This document shows, piece after piece, positions 19,356-32,523 of a stretch of DNA of 64,000 bases. Position numbers and translations under genes: made by a program. The notes under the pieces were generated by a model. It saw only the letters and a program-made list of their open reading frames with translations, ran no database searches and was not told the DNA's origin. Each line of letters begins with the position of its first letter. Position 1 is the stretch's first letter. The stretch comes from Obrimoposthia wandeli (taxonomy: Eukaryota): positions 62,001 through 126,000 of the forward strand of contig CDROCS010003739.1 of the NCBI GenBank assembly GCA_977020255.1, given 5' to 3'.

Positions 19356-21074
19356 ATGTCTGTTCGGACCTGTATAACGATTTGGGTATTAGGCATGGTG
19401 GGGCTATTTAGCTCCATCGTTGCAGCTAATGAATTGAAAGGTGTTCGAGTTTGGCCTGCGCCAGATGAAACACGTGTTGTGCTCGATATGAAAAGTGAGG
19501 CGACATATTCCTACTTTACGCTGACTAAGCCTAACCGCTTAGTGGTTGATTTAAAAACAACAACATTAAAAACTAAGCTACCTGTGATCGTAAGTGACAG
19601 TGCTGTATTGACGAAAATTCGTAGCAGCAGTGCACCTGATAAGGGATCTTTTCGCCTTGTTTTTGAAATAAAAACGGGTATGACCCCCAAGCTATTCACA
19701 TTAGCACCGACGCCTGATGGGCATTACGGTTATCGCTTAGTGTTAGATTTGCCGCACGGTAAAAAAACCTCTGTTGTCCAAAAAGAAAGGGCGTCAAGCA
19801 AAGTAACCGCTAACCAGCAAGCGCAATTACCATCAGGGCGTGATGATATTATTATCGCGATTGACCCTGGGCATGGTGGTGAAGATCCAGGTTCTATTGG
19901 ACCAACCAGAAAATACGAAAAAAATGTAACGTTAGCCGTCTCTAAAAAAGTAGCAGCCAAAATTAATGCGACACCAGGTATGAAAGCTGTAATGACACGT
20001 AGCAGTGATTACTTTGTGAATTTGAATAAGCGTTCTGAAATTGCACGTAAAAATAAATCACATTTATTAGTGTCAATACATGCCGATGGCTTTACTAAAC
20101 CACAGCCTCGTGGGGCATCTGTTTGGGTACTTAACACTCGACGTGCAAATAGCGAAATAGGACGTTGGTTAGAGCAGCAAGAGAAGCAATCTGAATTGCT
20201 GGGTGGTGGTGATGTGCTGTCTGGTGATAATGATGATCAGTATCTCAGCATGGCGGTGCTTGATTTGCAGTTCGGCAATTCGACCAAAGAAGGCTATGAA
20301 GTTGCCACCAATGTATTAAAAGAAATCAGCAAAGTAACGCGTTTGCATAAAAGCAAACCAGAACACGCAAGTTTAGCTGTACTGAAATCGCCAGATATTC
20401 CATCGTTGTTGGTTGAAACTGGGTTTATAACGAACCCAAGCGAAGAGCGTTTATTAAATTCGTCATCGCACCAAAATAAGTTAGCCAATGCGATCTATAA
20501 AGGTATCTTGGCGTATTTTGAAACCAACCCACCAGAAGGTACATTGTTTGCCTCTCGCAAAGGTGGTATGAAGCATAAAGTAACGTCGGGGCAGTCATTA
20601 AGTGTGATTGCTAAGCGCTATGGGGTGTCGATATCGTCGATAAAGTCAGTGAATAACTTGAAGTCGAATAATTTACATATTGGGCAAGTTTTAGTTATTC
20701 CTGGTTCTGCGACAGCGAATACTTCAAAATCATCTTCTGTATCAACGGCCTCTTCGGCAACAACCGTTAAGAAAGTGGTGATACATAAGGTACAGCGTGG
20801 TGACTACCTTGGTAAAATTGCCAGTAAATACAGTGTTACGATGGACAGTATTCGTAAGCTCAACAGTCTAAAATCTGACAATGTTATGGTCGGACAGAAG
20901 TTAAAAGTGGAAGTTGATGCACCAAAGTCGATTAGCCATAAAGTGAAGCGCGGTGAATTTCTTGGTAAAATTGCAACCAATTATGGGGTCTCGGTAGATA
21001 GCATACGTAATGCTAATAAGCTAAAGTCTGATAAACTAGCAGTTGGTCAGACGTTAATTATACCAAGAAGTTAA
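19356..21074 (+). CDS. amiB: N-acetylmuramoyl-L-alanine amidase (AMIN + Amidase_3 + 3 LysM)
   Basis: [22 protein letters not shown] catalytic motifs; three C-terminal LysM repeats. Confidence 0.93.
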   Translation: MSVRTCITIWVLGMVGLFSSIVAANELKGVRVWPAPDETRVVLDMKSEATYSYFTLTKPNRLVVDLKTTTLKTKLPVIVSDSAVLTKIRSSSAPDKGSFRLVFEIKTGMTPKLFTLAPTPDGHYGYRLVLDLPHGKKTSVVQKERASSKVTANQQAQLPSGRDDIIIAIDPGHGGEDPGSIGPTRKYEKNVTLAVSKKVAAKINATPGMKAVMTRSSDYFVNLNKRSEIARKNKSHLLVSIHADGFTKPQPRGASVWVLNTRRANSEIGRWLEQQEKQSELLGGGDVLSGDNDDQYLSMAVLDLQFGNSTKEGYEVATNVLKEISKVTRLHKSKPEHASLAVLKSPDIPSLLVETGFITNPSEERLLNSSSHQNKLANAIYKGILAYFETNPPEGTLFASRKGGMKHKVTSGQSLSVIAKRYGVSISSIKSVNNLKSNNLHIGQVLVIPGSATANTSKSSSVSTASSATTVKKVVIHKVQRGDYLGKIASKYSVTMDSIRKLNSLKSDNVMVGQKLKVEVDAPKSISHKVKRGEFLGKIATNYGVSVDSIRNANKLKSDKLAVGQTLIIPRS

Positions 21075-21076
21075 TT

Positions 21077-23173
21077 ATGCCGATTCAAATTTTACCTGCT
21101 CGGCTGGCAAACCAGATCGCAGCAGGTGAAGTCGTAGAACGACCAGCCTCTGTGGTTAAAGAGCTGGTCGAAAACAGCCTAGATGCCGGTGCTACTCGTA
21201 TTGATATTGATATCGATAAAGGTGGTAGCCGCACGATCCGTATTCGCGATAACGGTAACGGGATTGCGAAGGATGAACTCGGATTGGCACTTAGCCGCCA
21301 TGCAACCTCTAAAATATCGTCGTTAGATGATTTAGAAGCCATTGTCAGCCTCGGTTTTCGTGGTGAAGCCTTGGCCAGTATCAGTTCTGTCTCGCGTTTA
21401 ACACTCACTTCACGTACAGCGACCCAAGAAGAAGCTTGGTCTGCGTATGCTGAAGGACGGGATATGGATGTGCAGTTAAAACCAGCGGCACACCCTATAG
21501 GCACTACGATTGAAGTGCTTGACCTCTTTTTCAATACTCCTGCTCGGCGTAAATTCTTACGAACTGAAAAAACAGAATTTAATCACATTGATGAACTACT
21601 AAAGCGCATTGCGCTTAGCCGCTTCGATGTGTCGATTACCTTGCGTCATAACGGTAAGACCATTCGTCAATACCGAACTTCGCAAACACAAATTCAAAAA
21701 GAGCGTCGTTTAGTGTCGGCGTGTGGTCAAAGCTTTTTGCAACATGCTTTAGCGGTGGAACTTGAGCACGGTGATTTAAAGTTATCGGGTTGGATTTGCA
21801 CGCCGCAAGGTTCACGATCGCAAAATGATGTTCAGTATTGTTATGTGAATGGTCGCATGATGAAAGATAAGCTGATCAATCATGCCATTCGTCAAGCTTA
21901 TGAAGCCAGCTTAGCCTCAGATCAATACGCTGCGTATGTATTATTCATCGAAGTTGACCCTCATCAGGTAGATGTAAACGTACACCCAGCTAAACATGAA
22001 GTGCGTTTTCACCAAGCTCGGTTAGTGCATGATTTTATTTATCAGGGGATTCAAAGTGCTCTTCAGCAAGGGGCGATGGATGATCAGCAGAGTTATCATA
22101 CGCCACAGCGTGCAAGTGCAATAGCAGCACCTTATGCTGATACTGCCTCTGAGTCGTCGGAAAGTACCCACTCTCATCACATAGCAGAAACTGCCCCCGC
22201 ATTGCAGGCAATTGCAGAAACACCTAATTATCCCAATAAAGCGCAACCTGAAGCATGGCTGTCTACTTCTGTGGTGAGTGAATCGGCATCGAAGATACAA
22301 CCTCAAGAACGTAGTGATAAACGAGAACGCGATTACCGTGCTGTCGATTCGGATTACACGAGTGATAAGCGCATCTCTGGTAGCTTGTCACCACAGGGGA
22401 AGAGTCGTAGTGAGTCTGTGGGAAGTACGCAATCTAATTATGATGCTCATCAACGTCGCAACAATGCTGGATATCAACCAGAAAGCGCGCCCTCAAAGCA
22501 AGAGGTTGCGGCTTACCAACGACTCATTCAAACGCCAGCAATACCTTCACATGCACCCACCACACCACCAACCCGGCAAAATGTGGTCGATACACACGTT
22601 GGGGTTGGGTTAGGTAAAGCACTGAGTATAGTGGCAGAGCGTTATTTATTGGTTAGTCGGCATGATGGTATTCATGTACTGTCACTCGATCATGCTCAAC
22701 GCTTGCGTCATAAAGGTCAATTGCGCTTAGCAGCAACGGAAGGGTTGAAACCTCAGCCGTTATTGATCCCCCATTCAGTGCCTGTTGAGCAAGGTTTGAT
22801 AGCCTGTGCAGAGCAGCATGCACTACTTTTAAAACAGTTAGGCATCAATTTAAAAGCGAAAGGTAAGTCTGGATTGATTATTTTGTCGGTTTGTTTGCCT
22901 TTAAGGCAGCAAAACTTACAACAGCTTATCCCAAATTTGTTAACCTACTTGTTATCTATCGCAGAAGATCCTGACGCACAGGGTTGGGATAAATTATGGG
23001 ATTGGTTGGCAACACAGTGTGTGATGCCCGTTGATACGTTTAGTTTGTCTCAGGCGATCCAATTAGTGACCGAATTAGAACAACTGTGGGGAAGTGATAT
23101 TGAGCAACATAAGCAATATTTACTTCGTCCCGTAGATGTTAGTACAGCAATAGAAGCCTTTTTATATGAGTAA
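21077..23173 (+). CDS. mutL: DNA mismatch repair protein MutL
   Basis: [48 protein letters not shown]. Confidence 0.97.
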   Translation: MPIQILPARLANQIAAGEVVERPASVVKELVENSLDAGATRIDIDIDKGGSRTIRIRDNGNGIAKDELGLALSRHATSKISSLDDLEAIVSLGFRGEALASISSVSRLTLTSRTATQEEAWSAYAEGRDMDVQLKPAAHPIGTTIEVLDLFFNTPARRKFLRTEKTEFNHIDELLKRIALSRFDVSITLRHNGKTIRQYRTSQTQIQKERRLVSACGQSFLQHALAVELEHGDLKLSGWICTPQGSRSQNDVQYCYVNGRMMKDKLINHAIRQAYEASLASDQYAAYVLFIEVDPHQVDVNVHPAKHEVRFHQARLVHDFIYQGIQSALQQGAMDDQQSYHTPQRASAIAAPYADTASESSESTHSHHIAETAPALQAIAETPNYPNKAQPEAWLSTSVVSESASKIQPQERSDKRERDYRAVDSDYTSDKRISGSLSPQGKSRSESVGSTQSNYDAHQRRNNAGYQPESAPSKQEVAAYQRLIQTPAIPSHAPTTPPTRQNVVDTHVGVGLGKALSIVAERYLLVSRHDGIHVLSLDHAQRLRHKGQLRLAATEGLKPQPLLIPHSVPVEQGLIACAEQHALLLKQLGINLKAKGKSGLIILSVCLPLRQQNLQQLIPNLLTYLLSIAEDPDAQGWDKLWDWLATQCVMPVDTFSLSQAIQLVTELEQLWGSDIEQHKQYLLRPVDVSTAIEAFLYE

Positions 23174-24104
23174 GCCATTACTACCCCAAGCTATTTTTCT
23201 TATGGGTCCAACAGCATCAGGAAAAACGGATCTTGCTATTCGTTTGCGAGAACAATTGCCTGTAGAGTTGATTAGTGTCGACTCCGCCCTTATTTATAAG
23301 GGAATGGATATCGGAACAGCCAAGCCGGATGAGCGAGAACTTTCGCTAGCCCCGCATCGTTTGATCGATATTCGTGATCCAGCGCAAAGTTATTCTGCTG
23401 GAGACTTCCGTACTGATGCACTTAAAGAAATGGCTGATATAGTTGCAGAAGGGCGTATACCTTTGTTAGTTGGTGGTACTATGTTGTACTACAAGGCTTT
23501 ACTTGAAGGTTTGTCACCTTTACCTGCATCGGATCCAGATGTTCGAGCGGGGATAGAACGAGAAGCACAAGAGAAAGGCTGGCAATTTTTGCACGAGGAA
23601 TTAGTAAGGATTGACCCCGTTTCGGGCGCTAGGATCCATCCTAATGATCCCCAACGTTTATCTCGAGCATTAGAAGTTTTTCGTATTTCAGGTAAAACAT
23701 TAACTGAGTTGACGAAAACTCAAGGTGAACCATTGCCATATCGGGTTCATCAATTTGCAATAGCACCCAAGGATAGGGCTGTTTTACATCAACGGATCGA
23801 ACAACGTTTTGAGAACATGATCGAAGCTGGCTTTGAAGAAGAAGTACGTGCTTTGTATCAGCGAGGTGATCTTCACCCCGACCTGCCATCAATTCGTTGC
23901 GTTGGTTATCGACAGATGTGGGACTACTTGGGCGGGAATTGTGATTTAGACGAAGCGGTCTTCCGTGGTGTCTGTGCAACCCGTCAATTGGCGAAGCGTC
24001 AAATTACCTGGCTACGTGGCTGGAAAGATTTGACGTGGTTGGATAGCAATGAGGGGGATGCTGCGTTACAAACAGTCACAAACTCAATTAGATGTGATGT
24101 TTGA
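23166..24104 (+). CDS. miaA: tRNA dimethylallyltransferase
   Basis: [35 protein letters not shown]. Confidence 0.97.
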   Translation: MSKPLLPQAIFLMGPTASGKTDLAIRLREQLPVELISVDSALIYKGMDIGTAKPDERELSLAPHRLIDIRDPAQSYSAGDFRTDALKEMADIVAEGRIPLLVGGTMLYYKALLEGLSPLPASDPDVRAGIEREAQEKGWQFLHEELVRIDPVSGARIHPNDPQRLSRALEVFRISGKTLTELTKTQGEPLPYRVHQFAIAPKDRAVLHQRIEQRFENMIEAGFEEEVRALYQRGDLHPDLPSIRCVGYRQMWDYLGGNCDLDEAVFRGVCATRQLAKRQITWLRGWKDLTWLDSNEGDAALQTVTNSIRCDV

Positions 24105-24184
24105 TTAGCGTGTATACTCTGAATTGTTTTGCGTATTTTTTAGTTTGTGTTCGTTGCTAATTACAACTACAAATAAATAAATAA

Positions 24185-24457
<273 letters not shown>

Positions 24458-24486
24458 TATTTTATTCAATGTAAGGAGTTGATTGC

Positions 24487-25776
24487 TTGTTTGACCGTTA
24501 TGAAGCCGGTGAACAGGCGATTCTTGTTCATATCAACTTCACGCAAGACGGGGAATGGGAAGACCTAAGCGAATGTGAAATGCTGGTCTCCTCTGCGGGA
24601 GTGAATACGCTACGTGTTGTCACTGGTAGCCGAAAAACGCCCCTTCCTAAGTACTATGTGGGAGAAGGTAAAGCGCAAGAAATTGCCGATGCAGTTCGTG
24701 CTGAAGAAGCCGAAATTGTCATATTTAACCACTCCCTATCACCAGCGCAAGAGCGTAATCTTGAGCAACTGTGTCAATGTAGGGTGATAGATAGAACAGG
24801 TTTGATCCTTGATATCTTCGCCCAGCGTGCACGTACCCACGAAGGTAAACTTCAAGTGGAACTTGCTCAGTTACGTCATATTTCAACTCGATTAATTCGA
24901 GGCTGGACCCACCTTGAGCGTCAAAAAGGTGGTATTGGTCTTCGAGGCCCGGGTGAAACTCAGCTGGAAACGGATCGCCGCTTATTGCGTGATCGCATTA
25001 AGACAATTTTACGTAGATTAGATAAAGTGTCAAAACAGCGAGAGCAGGGACGACGAGCACGAAATCGTGCTGAAATTCCTACTATTTCTCTGGTTGGTTA
25101 TACCAATGCTGGTAAATCCACTTTGTTTAATCGCATTACCGATGCAGGGGTGTACGCAGCCGATCAGCTGTTTGCAACACTGGATCCTACATTACGTAAA
25201 ATAGATGTAGCCGATGTGGGAATAGCAATCCTGGCTGATACAGTAGGATTTATTCGTCACTTACCCCACGATTTAGTGGCTGCATTTAAAGCAACACTGA
25301 AAGAAACCCAAGAAGCGACGTTGTTGCTTCATGTGGTCGATGCCAGTGATGAGCGTTTCCGTGAAAACATGGACGCAGTTCATTTAGTGCTAGATGAAAT
25401 CGATGCTGGTGATGTACCTCGCTTAATCGTCATGAATAAAATTGACTGCTTAGAAGGTGCAGAGCCTCGTATTGAAAGAGATGAAGATGGGGTTCCCCGT
25501 TGTGTTTGGGTATCTGCAATGGAAGGGGTAGGCATAGACCTATTGTTCCAAGCGTTAACTGAACGTCTTTCTGGCACCATGGTAAAACATACTTTGCGTT
25601 TACCGCCTGAGAATGCTGGTCGATATCGAAGTACGTTTTATCAACTTGGCTGTATTTTGCGTGAAGAGTATGAATCTGATGGATGCCTAATGGTTGACAT
25701 TCGATTACCGTTGGCCGATTGGTCACGGTTACAAAAAAGAGAAAGTAATTTGTTAGATGACTTTATCGTTGCTTAA
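24487..25776 (+). CDS. hflX: Ribosome-splitting GTPase HflX
   Basis: GPGETQLETDRR, GYTNAGKST, LFATLDPT, DTVGFI, NKID; TTG start with AAGGAG RBS. Confidence 0.97.
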   Translation: MFDRYEAGEQAILVHINFTQDGEWEDLSECEMLVSSAGVNTLRVVTGSRKTPLPKYYVGEGKAQEIADAVRAEEAEIVIFNHSLSPAQERNLEQLCQCRVIDRTGLILDIFAQRARTHEGKLQVELAQLRHISTRLIRGWTHLERQKGGIGLRGPGETQLETDRRLLRDRIKTILRRLDKVSKQREQGRRARNRAEIPTISLVGYTNAGKSTLFNRITDAGVYAADQLFATLDPTLRKIDVADVGIAILADTVGFIRHLPHDLVAAFKATLKETQEATLLLHVVDASDERFRENMDAVHLVLDEIDAGDVPRLIVMNKIDCLEGAEPRIERDEDGVPRCVWVSAMEGVGIDLLFQALTERLSGTMVKHTLRLPPENAGRYRSTFYQLGCILREEYESDGCLMVDIRLPLADWSRLQKRESNLLDDFIVA

Positions 25777-25829
25777 TGGACTGCTAACGGATTTAAACTG
25801 TCGTCATATCATTTTGATGGAGTTCTATA

Positions 25830-26993
25830 ATGGCGTGGAATGAGCCTGGTAATAACGATGGCCGTGATAAAGACCCTTGGGGTAATAAAAATCGCGGCGG
25901 ACGTGAGCAAGGACCACCAGACCTAGACGAGGTTTTTTCAAAACTAAGTCGTAAACTTGGTGGTATTTTTGGGAATGGAAATAAAAAAGGTCCTTCAACT
26001 GGTAGCAGCGCTATTGGTTTAGGGGTGGTTGCTGTGCTGGCTACTGCAGTTTGGGGTTTTTCAGGTTTTTACACCATTGGTGAGGCTGAGCGAGGCGTAG
26101 TATTACGTTTTGGTAAGTTTTATGAAATGGTTGATCCTGGCCTTAACTGGAAGCCAACATTTGTTGATGAAGTTACACCGGTAAACGTTCAAGCGATTCG
26201 TTCACTACGCAGCTCTGGTTTAATGTTAACCAAAGATGAAAACGTATTGAAAGTTGAAATGGATGTGCAATACCGTGTTTCTGATGCGCAAAGCTACCTA
26301 TTCAGCGTAACAAATGCTGATGATAGTTTACGTCAAGCAACAGATTCTGCATTGCGTGCCGTGATTGGTGATTCGTCGATGGATGAGGCCTTAACAACGG
26401 GTCGTCAGGTTATTCGAGCGAGCACTCAAGAAGCGATTGAGAAGATCATTGAAAACTACTACATGGGTATCCTTGTTGTTGATGTGAACTTCCAGTCAGC
26501 GCGTCCACCAACAGAAGTACAAGATGCTTTTGATGATGCGATTGCCGCACGAGAAGATGAAGAGCGTTTTGTTCGTGAATCGGAAGCTTACAGCAACGAT
26601 ATTTTGCCGAAAGCAACAGGTCATGCAGAGCGTTTGAAGAAAGAAGCACAAGGTTATTCTGAGAAAACCATCAATGGTGCTCTAGGTGAAGTGGCTCAAT
26701 TTGAGAAACTATTACCTGAGTATGAAGTTGCTAAAGAAGTAACGCGTAGTCGTTTGTACCTTGAGACGATGGAACGTGTTTACAGCAATACCAGCAAAGT
26801 GATGATTGACTCTAAGTCGAATGGTAACTTGTTGTATTTACCACTTGATAAACTGATGAATCAATCTGGTGATACGAAGACTAAAGCCGGTACATCAAGC
26901 AGTTCATATGGTATCGAGCTTGAAAAGGCTGAAAGCCCAACTCCAGTATCGACGTCACCACGTTCTGATACTGGCCGTCAAGGGAGATATTAA
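25830..26993 (+). CDS. hflK: FtsH modulator HflK
   Basis: MAWNEPG...DPWG...GPPDLDE N-terminus plus SPFH domain. Confidence 0.97.
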   Translation: MAWNEPGNNDGRDKDPWGNKNRGGREQGPPDLDEVFSKLSRKLGGIFGNGNKKGPSTGSSAIGLGVVAVLATAVWGFSGFYTIGEAERGVVLRFGKFYEMVDPGLNWKPTFVDEVTPVNVQAIRSLRSSGLMLTKDENVLKVEMDVQYRVSDAQSYLFSVTNADDSLRQATDSALRAVIGDSSMDEALTTGRQVIRASTQEAIEKIIENYYMGILVVDVNFQSARPPTEVQDAFDDAIAAREDEERFVRESEAYSNDILPKATGHAERLKKEAQGYSEKTINGALGEVAQFEKLLPEYEVAKEVTRSRLYLETMERVYSNTSKVMIDSKSNGNLLYLPLDKLMNQSGDTKTKAGTSSSSYGIELEKAESPTPVSTSPRSDTGRQGRY

Positions 26994-26995
26994 TC

Positions 26996-27991
26996 ATGCG
27001 TAAATTAATGATCCCAGTGGTTGTCATCTTTATCGCTCTGTTACTCATGTCTTTATTCGTAGTGAATGAAGGTGAGCGCGGTATTGTGGTACGTTTTGGT
27101 CGTATCTTGAAAGACAACAATACTGAAATTGCTCGTATTTACGAGCCTGGTTTACACTTTAAAGTACCACTATTTGACCGTGTACGTACACTAGATGCAC
27201 GTATGCAGACAATGGATGATCAAGCTGACCGTTTTGTAACAGCAGAGAAAAAAGATGTCATCATCGATACGTACGTTAAGTGGCGTATCAGTGATTTCGG
27301 TCAGTACTACCTAACAACAGGTGGTGGTGATAAGTCGACTGCTGAAGCACTCTTAAAGCGTAAAGTTGTTGATAACCTTCGTGCCGAAATCGGTTCGAAA
27401 GAAATCAAGCAAATTGTTTCAGGTCCAGAGCGTAAAGCTATTGTTGAGGTTGTAGATGAACCTGCTGCTGCTGAAGCCGTTGTGAATGAGATTATTGCTG
27501 AAATTGCACCTCGTAAAGAAGTGGAAGGCCAGCGTGATCAAATCATGGCTGATGTACTTGCTGAAACTAAAATAAGTGCAATGAAAGATTTGGGTGTTGA
27601 AGTTGTTGATTTCCGTATGAAGAAAATCAACCTTCCAGACGAAATCAGTGAATCTATCTACCGTCGTATGCGAGCTGAGCGTGAGTCTGTTGCGCGTAAG
27701 CACCGTGCACAAGGTAGAGAGAAAGCTGAAGTAATCCGTGCTCAATCTGAACTTGAAGTAGCTAAGATTCTTGCAGAAGCTGATCGTGAAGCGCGTGTGC
27801 TTCGTGGTACTGCAGATGCAACTGTTGCTAAGATTTATGCTGATGCATTTAATCAAGATCCAGAGTTCTATAATTTCTTACGTTCACTAAAAGCGTATGA
27901 GAAGAGCTTTAGTTCTAAGAGCGATATTCTGATTGTTGATCCGAATACAGAGTTCTTTAAGTACATGAAAAAATCAAACGTCGTAAACTAA
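26996..27991 (+). CDS. hflC: FtsH modulator HflC
   Basis: SPFH domain, RMRAERE, DPEFYNFLRSL; follows hflK. Confidence 0.97.
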   Translation: MRKLMIPVVVIFIALLLMSLFVVNEGERGIVVRFGRILKDNNTEIARIYEPGLHFKVPLFDRVRTLDARMQTMDDQADRFVTAEKKDVIIDTYVKWRISDFGQYYLTTGGGDKSTAEALLKRKVVDNLRAEIGSKEIKQIVSGPERKAIVEVVDEPAAAEAVVNEIIAEIAPRKEVEGQRDQIMADVLAETKISAMKDLGVEVVDFRMKKINLPDEISESIYRRMRAERESVARKHRAQGREKAEVIRAQSELEVAKILAEADREARVLRGTADATVAKIYADAFNQDPEFYNFLRSLKAYEKSFSSKSDILIVDPNTEFFKYMKKSNVVN

Positions 27992-28013
27992 TACGCGGTT
28001 GATAATAGATAAG

Positions 28014-28044
28014 AAGACAAGGCATTAGCCTTGTCTTTTTTTTT
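28014..28044 (+). terminator. Terminator after hflC
   Basis: aagacaaggc-atta-gccttgtctt plus T run. Confidence 0.75.
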
Positions 28045-28083
28045 GTGGCAACAATGCCACGAGTTATTACAGAGAAACAGAAT

Positions 28084-28278
28084 ATGTCGAATACGATCTG
28101 GATGGCATTAGGATTAGTCTTAATTGTTGAGGGGTTAGGTCCACTGCTTGCGCCGAAGGGGTGGCGAGATATGGTGAGTCAGTTAAGCCAACAGAATGAT
28201 AACAACTTACGCCGCATTGGCGGATGCCTTGTTGTTACTGGTAGTGTTATTGCTTACATGATGTATCGCAGTATGTAA
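28084..28278 (+). CDS. yjeT: DUF2065 small membrane protein
   Basis: IWMALGLVLIVEGLGPLLAPKGWR...LRRIGG; between hflC and purA. Start moved to ATG 28084. Confidence 0.88.
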   Translation: MSNTIWMALGLVLIVEGLGPLLAPKGWRDMVSQLSQQNDNNLRRIGGCLVVTGSVIAYMMYRSM

Positions 28279-28390
28279 ATCGGACAAGTATATATTCGTG
28301 ATGCCCTTCTTGCTGAAATATTCCTTACCGTTAAAAAATGACTGCAAGGCGTAGAGTAAGGTGCTAGAATCCTTTTTTAACTACAGATAG

Positions 28391-29716
<1,326 letters not shown>

Positions 29717-29747
29717 TTACCTTTAAGGTAATTGATAATGTTTGATG

Positions 29748-29774
29748 AAAGCCAACCGAAAGGTTGGCTTTTTT
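29748..29774 (+). terminator. Terminator after purA
   Basis: aaagccaacc-gaaa-ggttggcttt plus T run. Confidence 0.85.
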
Positions 29775-29850
29775 ATTGCTTGTCATTTGAGGCAACATTG
29801 TTGTTTTCATTTTAAGTGGCAAAAAGTTGCCGTTTTTTATCGCTTTTCTC

Positions 29851-29877
29851 TAAAGTCTGAAATGGTGTGGTCGATAA
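29851..29877 (+). promoter_or_regulatory. Sigma28 promoter of motX
   Basis: TAAA-N15-GTCGATAA, 30 bp upstream of motX; motX is a known late flagellar gene in Vibrio. Confidence 0.75.
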
Positions 29878-29906
29878 GCTATTTACGGCTTAAGAGAGAT
29901 TAGTAG

Positions 29907-30533
29907 ATGAATCTGCGTCACTTATTATTTTCGACATTACTGGTAGTTACACCTGTATATGCATTGGAATATGTAGGTGATGCTGTACCTGTTTATACTG
30001 ACGCTGAATTGATTACGTTATTTGAAAGCAATGGTCATCTGCAGCAGCTAAAAGCAGATGATTGCCAGTTGGTACAAGATATTGAAGCACGAGCGAAACG
30101 CGTAGAATCCCCCTCTTACCAGTTCTTGTATGGCGATATGCTGGCTTGGGGTGTCTGTGTTAAGCGGGATGTTGAGTTAGGTGTGTATTATATGCAGTCT
30201 GCTGCGCACCAAGGTTCACCTGCGGCACTTGAACAGCTTGGTCGTTATTATGCAAAAGGCACGTTAGTTCAACAAGATCGTGAACGAGCTATCCCATATT
30301 TGCGTGAAGCTGCTGCAATGGGGAATGTTGATGCCCGTATTCAGCTTGCAGAGTTATTATTGAATAATTACGGCAGCCCACTGGATTTTGAAGATGCATA
30401 CCGCTGGTTATATAACACCGTTACTGCCAGTAAGAGCTCGCATCGAAAAATTGCCCAGCTGCGTATGGGACTTGAGCGCCGGATGCCTGAAAACATTATT
30501 GCACGAGCCAAACGGCGTGATACTTTCTGGTAA
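29907..30533 (+). CDS. motX: Sodium-driven polar flagellar motor protein MotX
   Basis: Signal peptide, Sel1-like repeats, LYGDMLAWGVCV, C-terminal IIARAKRRDTFW. Confidence 0.93.
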   Translation: MNLRHLLFSTLLVVTPVYALEYVGDAVPVYTDAELITLFESNGHLQQLKADDCQLVQDIEARAKRVESPSYQFLYGDMLAWGVCVKRDVELGVYYMQSAAHQGSPAALEQLGRYYAKGTLVQQDRERAIPYLREAAAMGNVDARIQLAELLLNNYGSPLDFEDAYRWLYNTVTASKSSHRKIAQLRMGLERRMPENIIARAKRRDTFW

Positions 30534-30585
30534 AGATTTATTTTGTCGTAATAATCTCGATTTCTAACCCCGTATTACCCCCAAT

Positions 30586-30613
30586 AAAAAAGCGTAACCA
30601 TTGGCTACGCTTT
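30586..30613 (-). terminator. Terminator after hmp
   Basis: Minus strand aaagcgtagcca-a-tggttacgcttt plus T run. Confidence 0.65.
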
Positions 30614-30684
30614 ATATCAATAACACTTAGCTTATTGTACATACTGAATTAGCGAGCAGCTTCAGCATGTTTCCATTGTATTTT

Positions 30685-31869
30685 TTATAATACTTTATGT
30701 GGACCAAAGCATTCGTAGTGAATATTGTCTTCTTGCACACCGAGTTCAATAAGCTGTTTTGCAACATGCTGCATGAAACCAACAGGGCCACAGAAGTAAT
30801 AATGCATTGTAGGATCAATTAATTGCGGTGCAACAGCATTTAAATCAATCATGCCTTGATAGTCAAAATCTTCAGCAGGGCGATCAGTCGCGAGTGGTTC
30901 ACGATACCAAGTCGTTGCACTGATATGATCGTGCTTATCTGCAAGCGTATTTACATAATCTTTAAAGGCGTGGTGGTTACCATTTTCAGTCGCGTGCAAC
31001 CAATGTACCGATGCTTGGTGCTCTGTTAGCGCATCTAACATTGATAGTGTTGGTGTTAAACCTACACCAGCTGAAATTAACGTAACGGGTGTTGTTGTGG
31101 GTACATCTAAGAAGAAATCACCTGCAGGTGCGGCAAGTTGTACGGTATCACCAACAGTGAGTTCACTGTGCAGGTAATTAGATACTTTACCGCCTTCTTC
31201 TCGCTTAACCGAGATTCGGTAGCTGTCGGTACGTGGCGCTGATGATAGGCTGTACTGACGTATTTCCTGAAATTCAAAGGCGTCAGGAGTGAGGTAGATA
31301 CCTAGGTATTGTCCCGGTTTAAAGCTTGAAACCGTGCCGCCATCTGTTGGTTTGAAAGTGAAGCTAGTAATAACATCACTTTCTTGTGTTTTTTCGATTA
31401 ACGTAAATTCACGCGTACCACGCCAGCCACCCGTTTTGTCTTCATTTTCTTGATAGATCGCTTCTTCACGAGTAATGAATACGTTGGCAAGCACGCCGTA
31501 TGCTTCACCCCAAGCGTCTAATACTTCTTGTCCTGGTGACAACAATTCATCAATTGTTGCTAATAAATGACCGCCAACAATTTGATATTGTTCAGCTGTA
31601 ATCATGAAACTTGTGTGTTTATGAGCGATTTTTTCAACAGCAGGCAATAGGGCTGCTAGATTGTCGATATTGTTCGCATAAGCGCAAATTGCATTAAATA
31701 ATGCTTCACGTTGATCACCGTTACGCTGATTACTCATGTTAAAAATATCTTTGAGTTCAGGGTTATGGCTAAACATGCGCTCATAAAAGTGCGCGGTTAG
31801 TTTTGGGCCTGTTGCGGCGACAACAGGTGCTGTTGCTTTAACAATATCAATAGTTTGTTGACTAATCAT
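30685..31869 (-). CDS. hmp: Flavohemoglobin (NO dioxygenase)
   Basis: Globin domain (FYERMF, IAHKH, AWGEAY) plus FAD/NAD domain ([20 protein letters not shown]). Confidence 0.95.
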   Translation of the reverse strand: MISQQTIDIVKATAPVVAATGPKLTAHFYERMFSHNPELKDIFNMSNQRNGDQREALFNAICAYANNIDNLAALLPAVEKIAHKHTSFMITAEQYQIVGGHLLATIDELLSPGQEVLDAWGEAYGVLANVFITREEAIYQENEDKTGGWRGTREFTLIEKTQESDVITSFTFKPTDGGTVSSFKPGQYLGIYLTPDAFEFQEIRQYSLSSAPRTDSYRISVKREEGGKVSNYLHSELTVGDTVQLAAPAGDFFLDVPTTTPVTLISAGVGLTPTLSMLDALTEHQASVHWLHATENGNHHAFKDYVNTLADKHDHISATTWYREPLATDRPAEDFDYQGMIDLNAVAPQLIDPTMHYYFCGPVGFMQHVAKQLIELGVQEDNIHYECFGPHKVL

Positions 31870-31881
31870 GACTTTCTCTTA

Positions 31882-31904
31882 AAGTTATATTTATAATGCA
31901 CCTT
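31882..31904. promoter_or_regulatory. NsrR operator upstream of hmp
   Basis: AAGTTATATTTATAATGCACCTT matches the 11-1-11 NsrR consensus AAGATGYATTT-N-AAATRCATCTT at 18/22, 13 bp before the hmp ATG. Confidence 0.7.
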
Positions 31905-31971
31905 ATAAGTTGTATCTGATCTGTATCTTTTAGTCAATAACAAGATTAAAATGGGCGAAAGAGGAGTTATT

Positions 31972-32406
31972 GTGCAGTTAACCAGTTTTACAGACTATGG
32001 CCTTCGTGCCTTGATATACCTTGCGACTTTGCCTGAGGGCGAATTAACCAGCATTAGTAAAGTGACTGAAGTTTATGGTGTATCCCGTAACCACATGGTT
32101 AAGATCATTAATAAATTAGGTCAACTTGGCTATGTGGATACTGTGCGAGGAAAAAACGGTGGTATTCGTTTAGGAATGCCTGCTAACAGAATTATTCTGG
32201 GCGATGTTGTGCGTGCAACTGAACCACTGCAGATCGTTAATTGCAGTGAAGACTTTTGTCATATTACGCCAGCCTGCCAACTTAAAGGAATTTTGGCATC
32301 AGCAAGAAGTGCGTTTTTAGCTGAGCTTGATAAACATACTTTGCTAAGCTTAATTGATAATAATCCACCGTTACTTATATTGCTTGATCGTCCTGTAACG
32401 GAATAA
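31972..32406 (+). CDS. nsrR: NO-sensing Rrf2 repressor NsrR
   Basis: [18 protein letters not shown], three Cys (C..C..C), precedes rnr; GTG start with GAGGAG RBS. Confidence 0.95.
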   Translation: MQLTSFTDYGLRALIYLATLPEGELTSISKVTEVYGVSRNHMVKIINKLGQLGYVDTVRGKNGGIRLGMPANRIILGDVVRATEPLQIVNCSEDFCHITPACQLKGILASARSAFLAELDKHTLLSLIDNNPPLLILLDRPVTE

Positions 32407-32523
32407 CGCATATAACAATAACTTCCCATCTTATTAGTGGAGTAAAGTTTTTTGCTTTGCTCCCGTCTGTTCACCTATGGTTTGAGTATACCTAACGTAT
32501 ATTTTGCCAACATGGATCAGCTT

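Noticed and set aside
22080-22600. Foreign insertion in mutL
   Set aside because: It is the low-complexity S/Q/E/P-rich interdomain linker, which is known to vary in length; the frame is intact.
22745-22774. Sigma32 promoter inside mutL (TTGAAA...CCCCAT)
   Set aside because: The spacer is 18 bp versus the 13-14 bp expected.
29817-29830. Sigma54 promoter TGGCAAAAAGTTGC upstream of motX
   Set aside because: GG and GC are 9 nt apart, not the required 10; a good sigma28 promoter is present instead.
30627-30818. 63-aa ORF overlapping the hmp 3' end
   Set aside because: It is an alternate frame of hmp on the same strand, with no RBS.
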